64,000 nt of DNA from a virus. Below are positions 17,975 to 27,471 of this stretch, piece after piece (the stretch's first letter is position 1; each line of letters starts with the position of its first letter). The notes below the pieces were generated by a model. That model made no database searches. It was not told the DNA's origin and worked only from the letters and a program-made list of their open reading frames with translations. A program made the translations under genes and the position numbers. The DNA is taken from the IMG/VR virus record IMGVR_UViG_3300046781_000054, positions 1 to 64,000 of that record. One strand, written 5' to 3'.

Positions 17975-19104
17975 CACGCCCCGGCCTCCCCCGCCTGCTG
18001 CGTCTCGTCGGCCGCCCGCAGTTCCCGCGCCTGCTGGTGGAGGAGGTCGGCTTTCCACTCCCGGCCCTGCGCCCACCCGGCAGGCCGTGCCGGGGCACGC
18101 TCGGCGGCCGAAGCGTCGGCGGCGGCGTCCAGGACGTCGGCCACACTCACGCCGAGCCGGTCGGCCGCGTACACGGCGACGGTCTCGGCGAGGACGGTCT
18201 GCACGTCCCGACGGTTGACGGCGGGCGGAGCCTGCTGCGCCTCGTCGACCATGCGGCGCGCGACGGACGCTGCCTCGCGCCACTCCTGCGCTCGCTCTTC
18301 CAGGCTCGGCCGCATCTGCTCCTCGGCCAGGTCGGACAGTTCACCGGCCCGCTCCTGGAGCGCCGCGACGATGGCCGCTGCGACGCCGCGGTCGGCGGCC
18401 CGGTCGACGGGCGCGACGAGTACGGCCAGGACGGCGCCGGCTTCGCCGTAGTGGTGCGGGCGTATGGCGTTGGTGCCGGACAGGCCCGCGTTCCAGTCGT
18501 AGCGGGCGATCGCCACCGCGATCCGCTCGCGCAGCACGGGCCGGTCGGCAGGCGCAGGGAGGACGGCCAGGACGGCGTCGGCGATAGCCACGCGAAGGCC
18601 AGTCCAGTCGCCCTTGCCGAGCCGATCGTCCAGCCGCGCGTGAACAGCACCGTCGATGCGGTCGCGGAGGTTCTGGTCGGCGGGCTCGGGCGGGGCGGCG
18701 TGCGCACGGACGCGCATGACGGCGGCGCGGGCACCGACAGCAACGTCATCGTGCTGATCGCGGTAGTCAGCTTCGATCGCGTCGCACTCGGCAAGGACGC
18801 CGACCTGGTCGACGGGCGCAGCCTTCAGGTACCACTCGCCTTCCCAGGCGATGGCCGTCCGGTCCGCCAGGGCGAACAGCTCGGGGCCGAGGACGATCGT
18901 GTCGCCGTCGGGGTGCGGGTACGCGGGCTGCTTCAGCGACTCGGCGTGATGCCCGTACTCCAGGCAGGGGCCGGGTTCGCCAGAGCACTGCGTCGGGTCG
19001 GACTGCTCGGGCTGGATCGGCTGCGGCGCAGGGTCGTGGGACTCGTCGGTCATGCAGGCGATGCACGGGGATGTGCAGCTGGCGGGCGTCGGGTCAGTGG
19101 TCAT
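17974..19104 (-). CDS. mosaic hypothetical protein
   Basis: long ORF with repeated AVLAVL modules. Confidence 0.7.
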   Translation of the reverse strand: MTTDPTPASCTSPCIACMTDESHDPAPQPIQPEQSDPTQCSGEPGPCLEYGHHAESLKQPAYPHPDGDTIVLGPELFALADRTAIAWEGEWYLKAAPVDQVGVLAECDAIEADYRDQHDDVAVGARAAVMRVRAHAAPPEPADQNLRDRIDGAVHARLDDRLGKGDWTGLRVAIADAVLAVLPAPADRPVLRERIAVAIARYDWNAGLSGTNAIRPHHYGEAGAVLAVLVAPVDRAADRGVAAAIVAALQERAGELSDLAEEQMRPSLEERAQEWREAASVARRMVDEAQQAPPAVNRRDVQTVLAETVAVYAADRLGVSVADVLDAAADASAAERAPARPAGWAQGREWKADLLHQQARELRAADETQQAGEAGA

Positions 19105-19190
19105 GGTCATCTCCTGGGGTCGATGCGAGGCTGTGCCGTGCACCGCCCGGCTAGGACCCGGGCGGTGCACCTGCGAGGTCACGGGGCGGG

Positions 19191-19730
19191 TCAGACGATG
19201 GGCAGGCGGTAGACGTGGACGGCGTACTCGTCGTCCTTGCTGGCCGGTGTCCAGACCCACGGGCAGAGGGCGCCTTCGGGCTCCCACACGAACTGCGACC
19301 ACTCCGGACTGAACTTCTCCAGCGCCACCTCATCGAGCGCCAGGCCTGCGTCCTCGGCATGCTGGCGCGCGACCCCCTTGGCCACGTCCAGGTCTTCGGT
19401 CACGACGATCAGGTCCTCGCTGTCCTCCCCGATCACCGCGTACAGGACGCCGCCCTTCTCGTAGATGGCGTTCCGGATGTCTGCGATCGGGGCGAACGGG
19501 CCCATGGGTAGCTCGGGTACCGGCCCGATCTCGTCGAGGAGTTGCAGGCTCTTCGTGTCGGGCAGTACGTCCGGGTGGATCCACAGGTTGGAGCGCTCCC
19601 CGTCCAGGCGGATCAGGTAGGCGCCGGTCTCGTCGATGCCGGTGATGACGCCGGGGTACGGGGTTGGGCTGCTGGCATAGCCGGTGAAGATCACGCGGCG
19701 GCCGGGCTCAGCGGTAAGGGACGTGGTCAT
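19191..19730 (-). CDS. hypothetical protein, paralog of 21383-21973
   Basis: shared IR.DG..SNL, LPMG.F.P and WEPEGA motifs. Confidence 0.8.
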   Translation of the reverse strand: MTTSLTAEPGRRVIFTGYASSPTPYPGVITGIDETGAYLIRLDGERSNLWIHPDVLPDTKSLQLLDEIGPVPELPMGPFAPIADIRNAIYEKGGVLYAVIGEDSEDLIVVTEDLDVAKGVARQHAEDAGLALDEVALEKFSPEWSQFVWEPEGALCPWVWTPASKDDEYAVHVYRLPIV

Positions 19731-19758
19731 GTGCTGCTCCTTCGGGTCGGGTTGGGGA

Positions 19759-20010
19759 TCACGGGGCGGGGTGGGTGGTGGCGGTGTTGGCGACGTGCCG
19801 GTAGCCGGTGCTCGTCGGCCGGAAGCGGTCGAGGCGAATGCGGGTTCGACGGCCAGGCTTGGCGCTGCTGACGGGAGGGCGCGGCTGGTGAAGCGTGACG
19901 ATCGCGTGGGTGTCGTTGATCTCGACAATGCGGACCTGTCGGCCTTCGCTGCGCGGGTCGTTGTCTTCCCAGATCTGGCCGACGGCGGGTGCGGGAGTCT
20001 CGGTGGTCAT
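19759..20010 (-). CDS. small hypothetical protein
   Basis: PAVGQIWEDND...; AAGGAG RBS. Confidence 0.7.
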   Translation of the reverse strand: MTTETPAPAVGQIWEDNDPRSEGRQVRIVEINDTHAIVTLHQPRPPVSSAKPGRRTRIRLDRFRPTSTGYRHVANTATTHPAP

Positions 20011-20086
20011 CGGGCTTCTCCTTTAGTCGAGTTGGGGTGGATCAAGGTCGGGGTGGGGTGGGTGCTGGCAGCGGGGTACTACACGG

Positions 20087-20269
20087 TCATGGGTTCCAGG
20101 TGTCGGGGCCGGGCACCGTACGAACACGACGCCCCTCGTGTCGGGTGGGCCAGATCCGGCCCACCGGCTTACGCGAGCGCGGGCAGGGGGGCGTGCCGTG
20201 CTTGTACAGGACACCCCGCGACGACATCGCCACGTCCTGAGCGCAGGCCGGGCACGGGATACGAATCAC
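20087..20269 (-). CDS. small hypothetical protein
   Basis: CPAC...H..PC; GTGA overlap. Confidence 0.5.
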   Translation of the reverse strand: MIRIPCPACAQDVAMSSRGVLYKHGTPPCPRSRKPVGRIWPTRHEGRRVRTVPGPDTWNP

Positions 20270-20484
20270 GGGGCTGCCTTCCGGGCGTGCGCGCGACGGG
20301 TCCGGCCGGCGCGGGCGGTCCGGGCTGCACGACGGTGCTTCAGGAAGTCGAAGAGTTCGGCGGCCGCAATCGGGGCGAGGACCGCGGGGGCGGTCAGCCA
20401 GAACGGCATGTCCCACGTGTCGGCGCGTAATCGGTAGGCGATGCCGACGCATGCGGCGACGGCGGTGGCAAGCAGGGTGAACAC
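20266..20484 (-). CDS. small membrane protein
   Basis: two hydrophobic segments, GGGAGG RBS. Confidence 0.6.
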   Translation of the reverse strand: MFTLLATAVAACVGIAYRLRADTWDMPFWLTAPAVLAPIAAAELFDFLKHRRAARTARAGRTRRAHARKAAP

Positions 20485-20528
20485 AGACCCTCCCGGGCGT
20501 GATCGGTCTTTCCCGCCGGTGGCAGTGT

Positions 20529-20894
20529 CTAAGATGTCCGGATTTCCGGGGTCCGGTAGCCGCGGTTTGCGTCCGGGGAGACGACGACGTCCTCGAGGGA
20601 CAGCAGCCCCAACGCGAACCCGATCGCGACCGCATGAGCGCGGTCCGCGGCCCGGAGCTTGCGGCGCAGGACCTGCATGCGCGTCTTCACGGTCTCTTCG
20701 GCGACGCCGAGCTCCCGGGCGATGGCCTGGTTGGTCATGCCGTTCGCGGCGAGGCGCAGCGTCTCCTTCTCGCGTGCGGTCAGGTACGTACGCGGTGCGG
20801 CGGCGAGCGCTCGAGGGTGGGCGCGGAGCGCGCTGAGGGATGGTGCGGGCCCGCTGCTTGTGGCATGCGGGCCCGACAGAACAGGTGCGGTCAC
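20529..20894 (-). CDS. stand-alone LuxR/GerE HTH regulator
   Basis: LTAREKETLRLAANGMTNQAIARELGVAEETVKTRMQVLRRKL. Confidence 0.9.
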   Translation of the reverse strand: MTAPVLSGPHATSSGPAPSLSALRAHPRALAAAPRTYLTAREKETLRLAANGMTNQAIARELGVAEETVKTRMQVLRRKLRAADRAHAVAIGFALGLLSLEDVVVSPDANRGYRTPEIRTS

Positions 20895-20897
20895 GCG

Positions 20898-21371
20898 CTA
20901 CTCCTTGATGTCGGGGAACAGGGCCTGCGCGCGGCCGTGCGGGCACGGCGTGCCGTCGGAGGGAAACCACCAGTGCGCTTGGCATCCGCCGTTGTGGTCG
21001 AGCTGGCATGGCTCGGTCTGGGCCAGGTCCTGGACGAGCTGCTCAAGGTCCTCGCGGCTAGCGACCTCCCGGTCGGGCTGCACCGTCTTGCGGTAGCCGG
21101 CCACCAGGCGCTCGATGGCGCCTACGTGCTCCTTGGCCTCGGCCGCCTCCCCCTGCTCCGTCAGCGCGACGGCAAGGCGGGCGCTGTGCAGGATGGCGCC
21201 CAGCAGGGCGCGCGGGTTGGCGGGCTTGGTGTCGCCGTCGAACCGTTCACCGTGCGCACGAGCAGCGCACCGGAACCAGGCGGCCCACGTGTCGTCGTCC
21301 CAGTCGTCGCTGTCTGCGGGTGCGGCACGGAGGACACGGCGATCGTCGTCGGCGGTGTAGATGTCGGTCAT
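20898..21371 (-). CDS. hypothetical protein
   Basis: GAGGAGG RBS. Confidence 0.7.
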   Translation of the reverse strand: MTDIYTADDDRRVLRAAPADSDDWDDDTWAAWFRCAARAHGERFDGDTKPANPRALLGAILHSARLAVALTEQGEAAEAKEHVGAIERLVAGYRKTVQPDREVASREDLEQLVQDLAQTEPCQLDHNGGCQAHWWFPSDGTPCPHGRAQALFPDIKE

Positions 21372-21382
21372 GGGGTGCCTCC

Positions 21383-21973
21383 TCAGGCGGGCAGGTAGTA
21401 GGTGCGGATGGCGTGCTCGTCGCCCTCGGCGGCGTCGTTCATGAGCCAGTCGTAGTCGGCGCCTTCCGGCTCCCACTCGAAGACCGACCACTGGGATTTG
21501 AGGCGGTCGCTGGTGAGGTCGGCGACGTACCAGCCGTGGGCCTTCGCATAGCTGGTTATCGCCCGCATGGCGACGTCCCGGTCCGCGGTGAGGGTGAAGA
21601 GATCGCCCTCTTCCAGTTCGAACACCGGGACGCCTTCATGCGTCTCGGCCTTCAGCGCGACGGCGGTCGGCGTGAACCGGCCCATGGGGAGCGGCGGCAC
21701 GTCGACGACCTGGTTGAGGTAGCGCAGGCCAGCGCACTCCCGGTCGAGGCGGATCTTCAGGTTGGAGTTGCGCCTGCCGTCGATCCGGATGCAGGCGAGG
21801 GTGACGCCGGGGTAGCCGGGTTCGAGTGCGGTGATGATCCCGGGGTGCCACACGGTCGGCTCGTCGCTGTGGAGGTTGCTGTAGTAGGCGAACTCGATGC
21901 GCCGGCCGACAACGGCCTCGGCGGGAACAGCCTGGGCGGGCAGGACGGGCAGGTCGGATGTGGGTGTGGTCAT
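21383..21973 (-). CDS. hypothetical protein, paralog of 19191-19730
   Basis: shared motifs; AAGGAG RBS. Confidence 0.8.
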   Translation of the reverse strand: MTTPTSDLPVLPAQAVPAEAVVGRRIEFAYYSNLHSDEPTVWHPGIITALEPGYPGVTLACIRIDGRRNSNLKIRLDRECAGLRYLNQVVDVPPLPMGRFTPTAVALKAETHEGVPVFELEEGDLFTLTADRDVAMRAITSYAKAHGWYVADLTSDRLKSQWSVFEWEPEGADYDWLMNDAAEGDEHAIRTYYLPA

Positions 21974-22005
21974 CGGCGGGTCTCCTTCGGAGTGTTGGTG
22001 CGGCG

Positions 22006-22371
22006 CTAGAACGGGACGTCCCCGCCCCAACTGGCGTAGGCCAGCGTCAGCTTGGGGATCGCGTCCCACCGGGATCGATCACGGCGGTCCTGAATGCGCA
22101 GCCACCGTCGGCAGGTGTCGGTCTTGCAGTCCGCGCAGTACGGCTCCCCGGACTCGCCCGTCGCGTCCGGCGCCCATGCCGTGACCGCGTGGTACTTCGG
22201 CTGCTCGCGGGTGAGGCGGGCGTGGCGGCGGGCCAGCATGCGCTGCTTGATGACCGTGTCGTCGGGCGCACGCCACTGGTGGCCGCCTTCGCCGAGGAGG
22301 AACTGGCGGCCATGCCGGTCGCGGGCAATGCCGCAGTCGGCGCAGCCGTAGGGGGTGAGGTCGGGCAGCAT
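22006..22371 (-). CDS. hypothetical protein with CxxC motifs
   Basis: CADC twice. Confidence 0.7.
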   Translation of the reverse strand: MLPDLTPYGCADCGIARDRHGRQFLLGEGGHQWRAPDDTVIKQRMLARRHARLTREQPKYHAVTAWAPDATGESGEPYCADCKTDTCRRWLRIQDRRDRSRWDAIPKLTLAYASWGGDVPF

Positions 22372-22468
22372 GACGGCCTTTCAGGGGCGTTGTGCGGGGT
22401 GTGGGGTGGGGCCGCGTCCTCGCGGGTGGACGCGGCCCCAGGAGGCCTCCCAGGGGGCGGGAGGCCGG

Positions 22469-23305
22469 TCAGGTGAAGCAGGAGGAGTTGTCGCAGGCGC
22501 CGTCGGCCTCGTCGAACATCGGCAGCAGGTCGACACCGTCCGGGATCGCCTGCGCCAAAGGCCGCGCGAACCGGGTCAGATAGACCGGGTCCTTCGGCTC
22601 ACCGTTCTTGTCGAGCAGCGTGCCCCGCCGCTCAATGACCGTGGCCTCCAGTTCGCAGGCCTTCGCGAACAGGTCGGGCCGCTCCCGGCGCAGGCTCTGC
22701 CATTCCTCGGGACGCTTCATCGGGCAGAACCAGCACGCCGACTTCGGCGGCAACGGCAGCCCCGCATCGAGGATGATGCGCTGGCAGTCCGTGCGGCGCA
22801 GACCCAGCTCCAGCAGCGGGTACACGGTGTTCTCGACTGCCGAGTTCCTGCGGTTGTTCGCACGGTGCATCTCGTCGACACTGATCCCGATGCCGACGGT
22901 GGCGGGCTGTTCGGCGGTCGCTCCCATGCGGATGAGCTGCTGCTCGATCAGCTTGATCTTGAAGTCTTTGGTGCAGTTCCGGTTCCCTGGCGCCCCGTTG
23001 TCCATCCGCATCGGGATGTCGATGGTGCGGCTGGGTCGCATCACCTGCTGGTAGAGAGAGCGTTCCTCTCCCGTGCGCTTCATGACCCGACGCAGTTCCA
23101 CGATCTCCAGGCCGTGCTGTTGCGCGTACGGCTTCGCGACGGTGTCGACATAGTCGAGGGTGCGGGGGTCTTCGCTGTCGTCGCCGACGTTGGCGAACAG
23201 GAACGTCTTGTAGGGGATGCGGCCCTGCGCGGCGAGAACCAGGAGCGCATTGGACTGTTGGCCGCCTCCGTAGCTGATGACGGCTATTCGATCCGTGGTG
23301 GGCAT
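22469..23305 (-). CDS. PAPS-reductase-like adenine nucleotide alpha-hydrolase
   Basis: PP-loop variant SYGGGQQS; CT..FKI; IGIS.DE; KSACWFCP. Confidence 0.85.
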   Translation of the reverse strand: MPTTDRIAVISYGGGQQSNALLVLAAQGRIPYKTFLFANVGDDSEDPRTLDYVDTVAKPYAQQHGLEIVELRRVMKRTGEERSLYQQVMRPSRTIDIPMRMDNGAPGNRNCTKDFKIKLIEQQLIRMGATAEQPATVGIGISVDEMHRANNRRNSAVENTVYPLLELGLRRTDCQRIILDAGLPLPPKSACWFCPMKRPEEWQSLRRERPDLFAKACELEATVIERRGTLLDKNGEPKDPVYLTRFARPLAQAIPDGVDLLPMFDEADGACDNSSCFT

Positions 23306-23371
23306 GGGTGGGGAGCCTTTCGGTTGGCTGCTGTGAAGGGCCGGGGAAGGCTCGGTCCTTGGAACGGGGGC

Positions 23372-23485
23372 CTACTGGCGGTAGTGGTCGGACGGCTGGT
23401 CGGGTGGACCTTCGGTGCGGATGGCGCAGCCGTCTTCGTGGATGCCGGCCTGCTGTTCTTCGGGGGTGGCGGTGCAGTCGCACAT
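23372..23485 (-). CDS. small hypothetical protein (37 aa)
   Basis: MCDCTATPEEQQAGIHEDGC. Confidence 0.4.
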   Translation of the reverse strand: MCDCTATPEEQQAGIHEDGCAIRTEGPPDQPSDHYRQ

Positions 23486-23488
23486 GGG

Positions 23489-24100
23489 TCACGCAGCCTG
23501 CGAGTACAGGCGGCGGGCCATCTCGGCGAAGTAGCGCTCGCCCTCGCCGACGTTGGTGATGCCGGCGTCGACCATGTCGCCGAGGAGACCGACGAACTGG
23601 TACGGGGTCATCGCGTTGATGTGGGCGACAAGGTTCACGTCGGCGCGGCAGTCGTCGATGTGCTTCTCCCAGGACCGGAGTGCGGCGCCGGCGGTGCGGA
23701 AGATGGCCTCACGGTCGGCGTTGTACATGCCCGGGTTGTAGCTGGCTTCGGCGATCAGGTTGATGACGTCGCGGTGGCCGTCGACGGTCCACTTCTTGCT
23801 GTTGAAGCGGCGGGTGCGGGGGCCGATCTGAAGGTAGGAGCGCATCTCGCGGGCGAAGTTCTGGCCGGTGGTGGAGGCGGCGGCGAGCTGGGCCGCCTTC
23901 TCCTCCTTGCGTTCGGCGGCGATCAGGTTGTCGGCCGCTTCCTGGGCGGTGTCGCCGTGGCCGGCGAGCTCGCCGCGGGTGGCTCGCCACGTCATGTTGG
24001 GGCGGAGGCGGAGGGTGATGTCCGAGGCGGTCCAGGTCACGGCGTTGGTCGAGGTGAGGGGGGTGTGGGTGCCGTTGATGGTGATGGCCTCGGTGTTCAT
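23489..24100 (-). CDS. hypothetical protein, first gene after conserved promoter
   Basis: AAGGGAG RBS. Confidence 0.75.
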   Translation of the reverse strand: MNTEAITINGTHTPLTSTNAVTWTASDITLRLRPNMTWRATRGELAGHGDTAQEAADNLIAAERKEEKAAQLAAASTTGQNFAREMRSYLQIGPRTRRFNSKKWTVDGHRDVINLIAEASYNPGMYNADREAIFRTAGAALRSWEKHIDDCRADVNLVAHINAMTPYQFVGLLGDMVDAGITNVGEGERYFAEMARRLYSQAA

Positions 24101-24134
24101 GCGTGCTCCCTTGGTGTGCCCTGGCGATGACTCC

Positions 24135-24166
24135 AACGTAACCTATAACGCATTGCATAGCAATGG
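24135..24166 (-). promoter_or_regulatory. conserved promoter/operator, copy 2
   Basis: TTGCTA-TGCAATGCGTTATAGGT-TACGTT. Confidence 0.8.
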
Positions 24167-24232
24167 CTTTGTGGCATGAGAAAAGGGGCCCGACCCCGAA
24201 AGGCCAGACCCCACAACCTCACCGACACAAGA

Positions 24233-24751
24233 TCAGAACGGCGGAGGCTCATCCCCCACTCCCCCACCAGCACCCCACCCACCCTGCGCCGGCTGCTGCC
24301 CACCCGGCACCTCACCCCACGGATCCCGACGCCCCTCCCGCGACGACTGCGCCCGCGCCTGCTCGTACCGCTCCCGCCCCTGCCCACCCCCGGCCTTCGT
24401 CACCTTCGCCGTAGCCGACCGAAGACTCACCCCAAGCTCCTCAACATCCAGCTCGTACACGGTCCGCTTCACACCCTCACGATCCTCGTACGACCGCTGC
24501 TTGAGTCGGCCCTGCACGATCACTCTCATCCCACGCTGCAACGACTCCGCAGCGTTCTCCGCGGCCTGACGCCACACCGAACACGTCAGGAACAAGGACT
24601 CGCCGTCGCGCCACTCATTGGCCTGCCGGTCGAACGTCCGCGGCGTCGACGCCACCCGAAACTTGCAGACCGCCGCGGACGACGGCGTGTACTTCAACTC
24701 GGGGTCGTCGACTAGATGCCCGCACACCGTGATCACCGTCTCGCCACTCAT
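24233..24751 (-). CDS. ssb: single-stranded DNA-binding protein
   Basis: [22 protein letters not shown]...DEPPPF acidic tail. Confidence 0.95.
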   Translation of the reverse strand: MSGETVITVCGHLVDDPELKYTPSSAAVCKFRVASTPRTFDRQANEWRDGESLFLTCSVWRQAAENAAESLQRGMRVIVQGRLKQRSYEDREGVKRTVYELDVEELGVSLRSATAKVTKAGGGQGRERYEQARAQSSREGRRDPWGEVPGGQQPAQGGWGAGGGVGDEPPPF

Positions 24752-24769
24752 GCCGTACTCCTTCTCTGC

Positions 24770-25936
24770 TCAACTCGCGCGCACGGCATCGGCCGGCGCG
24801 TCCAACTCGGTGTGGCCACAGAAGTGCGTCCGCGAGGCCCGCTTCGCCTCGAGCGTCTTGCCCGGCGCCCTCAACGGGCCCCCGGCATTGCGGTAGTTCC
24901 GGCCGCTCAGAATGTGATTCATCGTGTTCCGCGGAATGCCGTACTTCATGGCGAGCTGCGGCGCCGTGACACCACCCGCCGCGAACAGCTCCCGGATCTC
25001 CACGATCTGCTCGGCCGTGAACGTGCAGCGCGCCGGAGCCTTCAACGGGAACTCCTTACCCTCCCTCTCGTACTGGCGGCGCTGCCGCGACACGTACGAG
25101 GCGGTCGTGCCCTCCTTCAGGTTCCGCTCCCGGTCGATGTCCAGGTACGACATGCCCTTGCCCACGGCCAGCGCGATCGCCTCGACCTTCTGCTCCCTGG
25201 GCAGCCACACATCGCTCCCGGTAACCCACAGCTCCAGGTCGTTACCCGGGTCCTCAGGCTCCTCCTCAGGGGCGTCACCGTCGGCCAGCATCCGCCGGTA
25301 CGAGGCAAGCACGTCGTCCACCGCAGTCCGACCGATCCCCAATCGGGCGGCGATCTCCTTCAACGAAGCGCCCTCGTCCCGCCAACGGTGAATGTCCTCC
25401 GCCCGCGCGAACGCCCGCTCCTTCGCCGTCCCGCTCCGCAGACACGCAGCCGTCGGAGGCTTCCGCACCGGCACGTCCTCGCCGGCCAGACGGGCCGCCA
25501 ACCGCATCGTCGACTCACCCAGGCCCGGCTCGGCCACGTTCGCCACCGACTGGCCCACCGCCTGCGCCTCCAAGGCCAACAGGCGTGCCTCCTCGGCGTC
25601 GTACGGGCCATCGATGCGCTCGTCGACGAACAGCTGCGTGCGCTGCTCCCCTGTCAGGCCGGCACGGACCCCGTCCCGGTTCCACATGGTCTGCCCCTCC
25701 TCCGCCATGCGTGCTCGCAGGCATTCGTCGAGAACGGGGCAGGACAGGCACGTCTTGTGGGCCTTGGCTGTGAGAGCCGGGTTGTCGCCGTCCCACCACT
25801 CCATGGGCCGGTTGAAGCACGCCGAGCGGTCTTCCCAGGAGGTGGTGAGGGATTCGGGGCGGCGGCGCCAGTCGGCGGCGTGGCTGACGGCTTGTGCTAT
25901 TGGGCGGCCAGTTCCGTTAATGGTGTGGGTGGTCAT
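24770..25936 (-). CDS. WhiB-family Fe-S domain fused to HTH domains
   Basis: ACFNR...CLSCPVLDECL...GVRAGLTGEQR; SLKEIAARLGIGRTAV and a second HTH. Confidence 0.85.
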   Translation of the reverse strand: MTTHTINGTGRPIAQAVSHAADWRRRPESLTTSWEDRSACFNRPMEWWDGDNPALTAKAHKTCLSCPVLDECLRARMAEEGQTMWNRDGVRAGLTGEQRTQLFVDERIDGPYDAEEARLLALEAQAVGQSVANVAEPGLGESTMRLAARLAGEDVPVRKPPTAACLRSGTAKERAFARAEDIHRWRDEGASLKEIAARLGIGRTAVDDVLASYRRMLADGDAPEEEPEDPGNDLELWVTGSDVWLPREQKVEAIALAVGKGMSYLDIDRERNLKEGTTASYVSRQRRQYEREGKEFPLKAPARCTFTAEQIVEIRELFAAGGVTAPQLAMKYGIPRNTMNHILSGRNYRNAGGPLRAPGKTLEAKRASRTHFCGHTELDAPADAVRAS

Positions 25937-26394
25937 GTCGTGGCTCCGGGCGGGTTGAGGAGTGCGAGGTGGTCGGGGTGGATGGAGTCGAGGTCGGTGA
26001 TCCACAGGACGAGTTGGGAGCCCTTGACGGGGGTGCCGATGCGGGGGTCGGGGCCGAGGAGGCGTTCACTGTTGTCGTCGGGGAGGATTCCGGCGTCCAC
26101 CAGGCCGTCGACTGCGGCCTTTGCTGACGGGGCCCAGTTGCCGGGGTCGCGGCGTTGGATCTGGGTGTCGGGGTGGATGACGAAGTAGATGTGGGCGCGC
26201 TGGAGGGCGGGGATTTTGCTGTGTCGTGCGGTGGCCCAGGCGGCGTTGCGGATGACTTTGACGAGTTCGGCTTTGCGCCTGAAGTGGAGGCTCTGGTTGG
26301 CGTTGATGAGTTTGGTCTTGGGCGGGAGGGCGAGGCGCCAGGATTGGGGGCGGGTGATGCCGCCGTGGCTGGTCTCTGGGCTGGTCGTGGTCAT
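25933..26394 (-). CDS. RusA-like Holliday junction resolvase
   Basis: RRDPGNWAPSAKAAVDGLVDAGILPDDN. Confidence 0.75.
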   Translation of the reverse strand: MTTTSPETSHGGITRPQSWRLALPPKTKLINANQSLHFRRKAELVKVIRNAAWATARHSKIPALQRAHIYFVIHPDTQIQRRDPGNWAPSAKAAVDGLVDAGILPDDNSERLLGPDPRIGTPVKGSQLVLWITDLDSIHPDHLALLNPPGATT

Positions 26395-26783
26395 GTGGGC
26401 TGCTCCTGGGTTTGGGTGACGGCGATGGTGATGGGGACGGCGCCGTCGGCGGTGGCGGAGCAGAAGATCCAGCCGCGCCAGTCGTGGTCGGCTCGGGGGT
26501 AGTTCGGTGGCGGTTCGAGCGCGGTGAGGTGGACGTGCTCGTGGTGGGCTTGGTCGACGTACAGGTCGTTGCGGAGGAGAAGGTTGACTTCGACGGCGAA
26601 GGGGGTGAGGGGTTGGTGTCCGATGCGGAGGAGGTCGCCGTTCCAGGCGCGGAGCCCGGGGTGGTTGCGAACGGGGTCGCCGAGGGGTTTGGTGCCGTGT
26701 TCGGCTTCGTGGCGAGCAAGTTGCCGGGCCTGCTCTTCGGCGGCGGCGAGGGCGGCCGCGTAGCCGGGGGTGGTCTCAGGCAT
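26391..26783 (-). CDS. hypothetical protein
   Basis: coupled operon gene. Confidence 0.6.
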   Translation of the reverse strand: MPETTPGYAAALAAAEEQARQLARHEAEHGTKPLGDPVRNHPGLRAWNGDLLRIGHQPLTPFAVEVNLLLRNDLYVDQAHHEHVHLTALEPPPNYPRADHDWRGWIFCSATADGAVPITIAVTQTQEQPT

Positions 26784-27471
26784 CGAGGTCGCCGCCCCAG
26801 CTGGCGCGGCGCAGGTTGCCCATGGCGGAGTCGTGTCGTCCGTCGTGCTTGTCGGGGAGTTCGCAGCGGGTGTAGCCCGGTCCGCCGTACTCGGCATGGC
26901 ACTGGTCCTGGGCCGACTCGATGGTCATGCCAAGTCGGCGGGCGAGTCCTTGGAAGGCGGTCTGGGCCTGCTGGAGGTCGGCCTTGGCCTGTGCCAGCTC
27001 GGTCTCGAGTTCGGTGACGCGGGCTTCGGCCTGCTGGCGGAACTCGTGCGGGGTGGGGCGGTGTCGGCGCTGGATGGTGACCGTGTAGGAGTCGGTCGGG
27101 TTCTGGCCGTCCTGGAGGTCCAGGGACACGGAGGGGGCGGTGATCTCGGTCTCGAGGTAGTTCTCCGCGTCGTGGCTGTCGAGCATGGTGCGCATGGTGG
27201 CGACGAGGGTCAGGAGGATCTCGCGGGCGGGTTCGAGGGAGAGCGTGGCGACGCCGTTCTTGATGTTGAGGCCGCGCATCATCGTGCCGTCGGTGAGGAT
27301 CTCGGCGGCGGTGTCGGCGAGGGCGTCCATGGCGATGTCGCCCATGAGTTTCCAGTCACCGTCGTTGAGGTGGTGCCACTCGTGGTGGGTGGTGCGGAGT
27401 GCCTGGGTGATGGCGTTGCGGGCTTGGAGCCTGCGCTTGTGCTTCTGGGCTTCGGTGAGTTCGGCGGTCAC
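26776..27471 (-). CDS. hypothetical protein
   Basis: codon bias. Confidence 0.75.
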   Translation of the reverse strand: MTAELTEAQKHKRRLQARNAITQALRTTHHEWHHLNDGDWKLMGDIAMDALADTAAEILTDGTMMRGLNIKNGVATLSLEPAREILLTLVATMRTMLDSHDAENYLETEITAPSVSLDLQDGQNPTDSYTVTIQRRHRPTPHEFRQQAEARVTELETELAQAKADLQQAQTAFQGLARRLGMTIESAQDQCHAEYGGPGYTRCELPDKHDGRHDSAMGNLRRASWGGDLDA

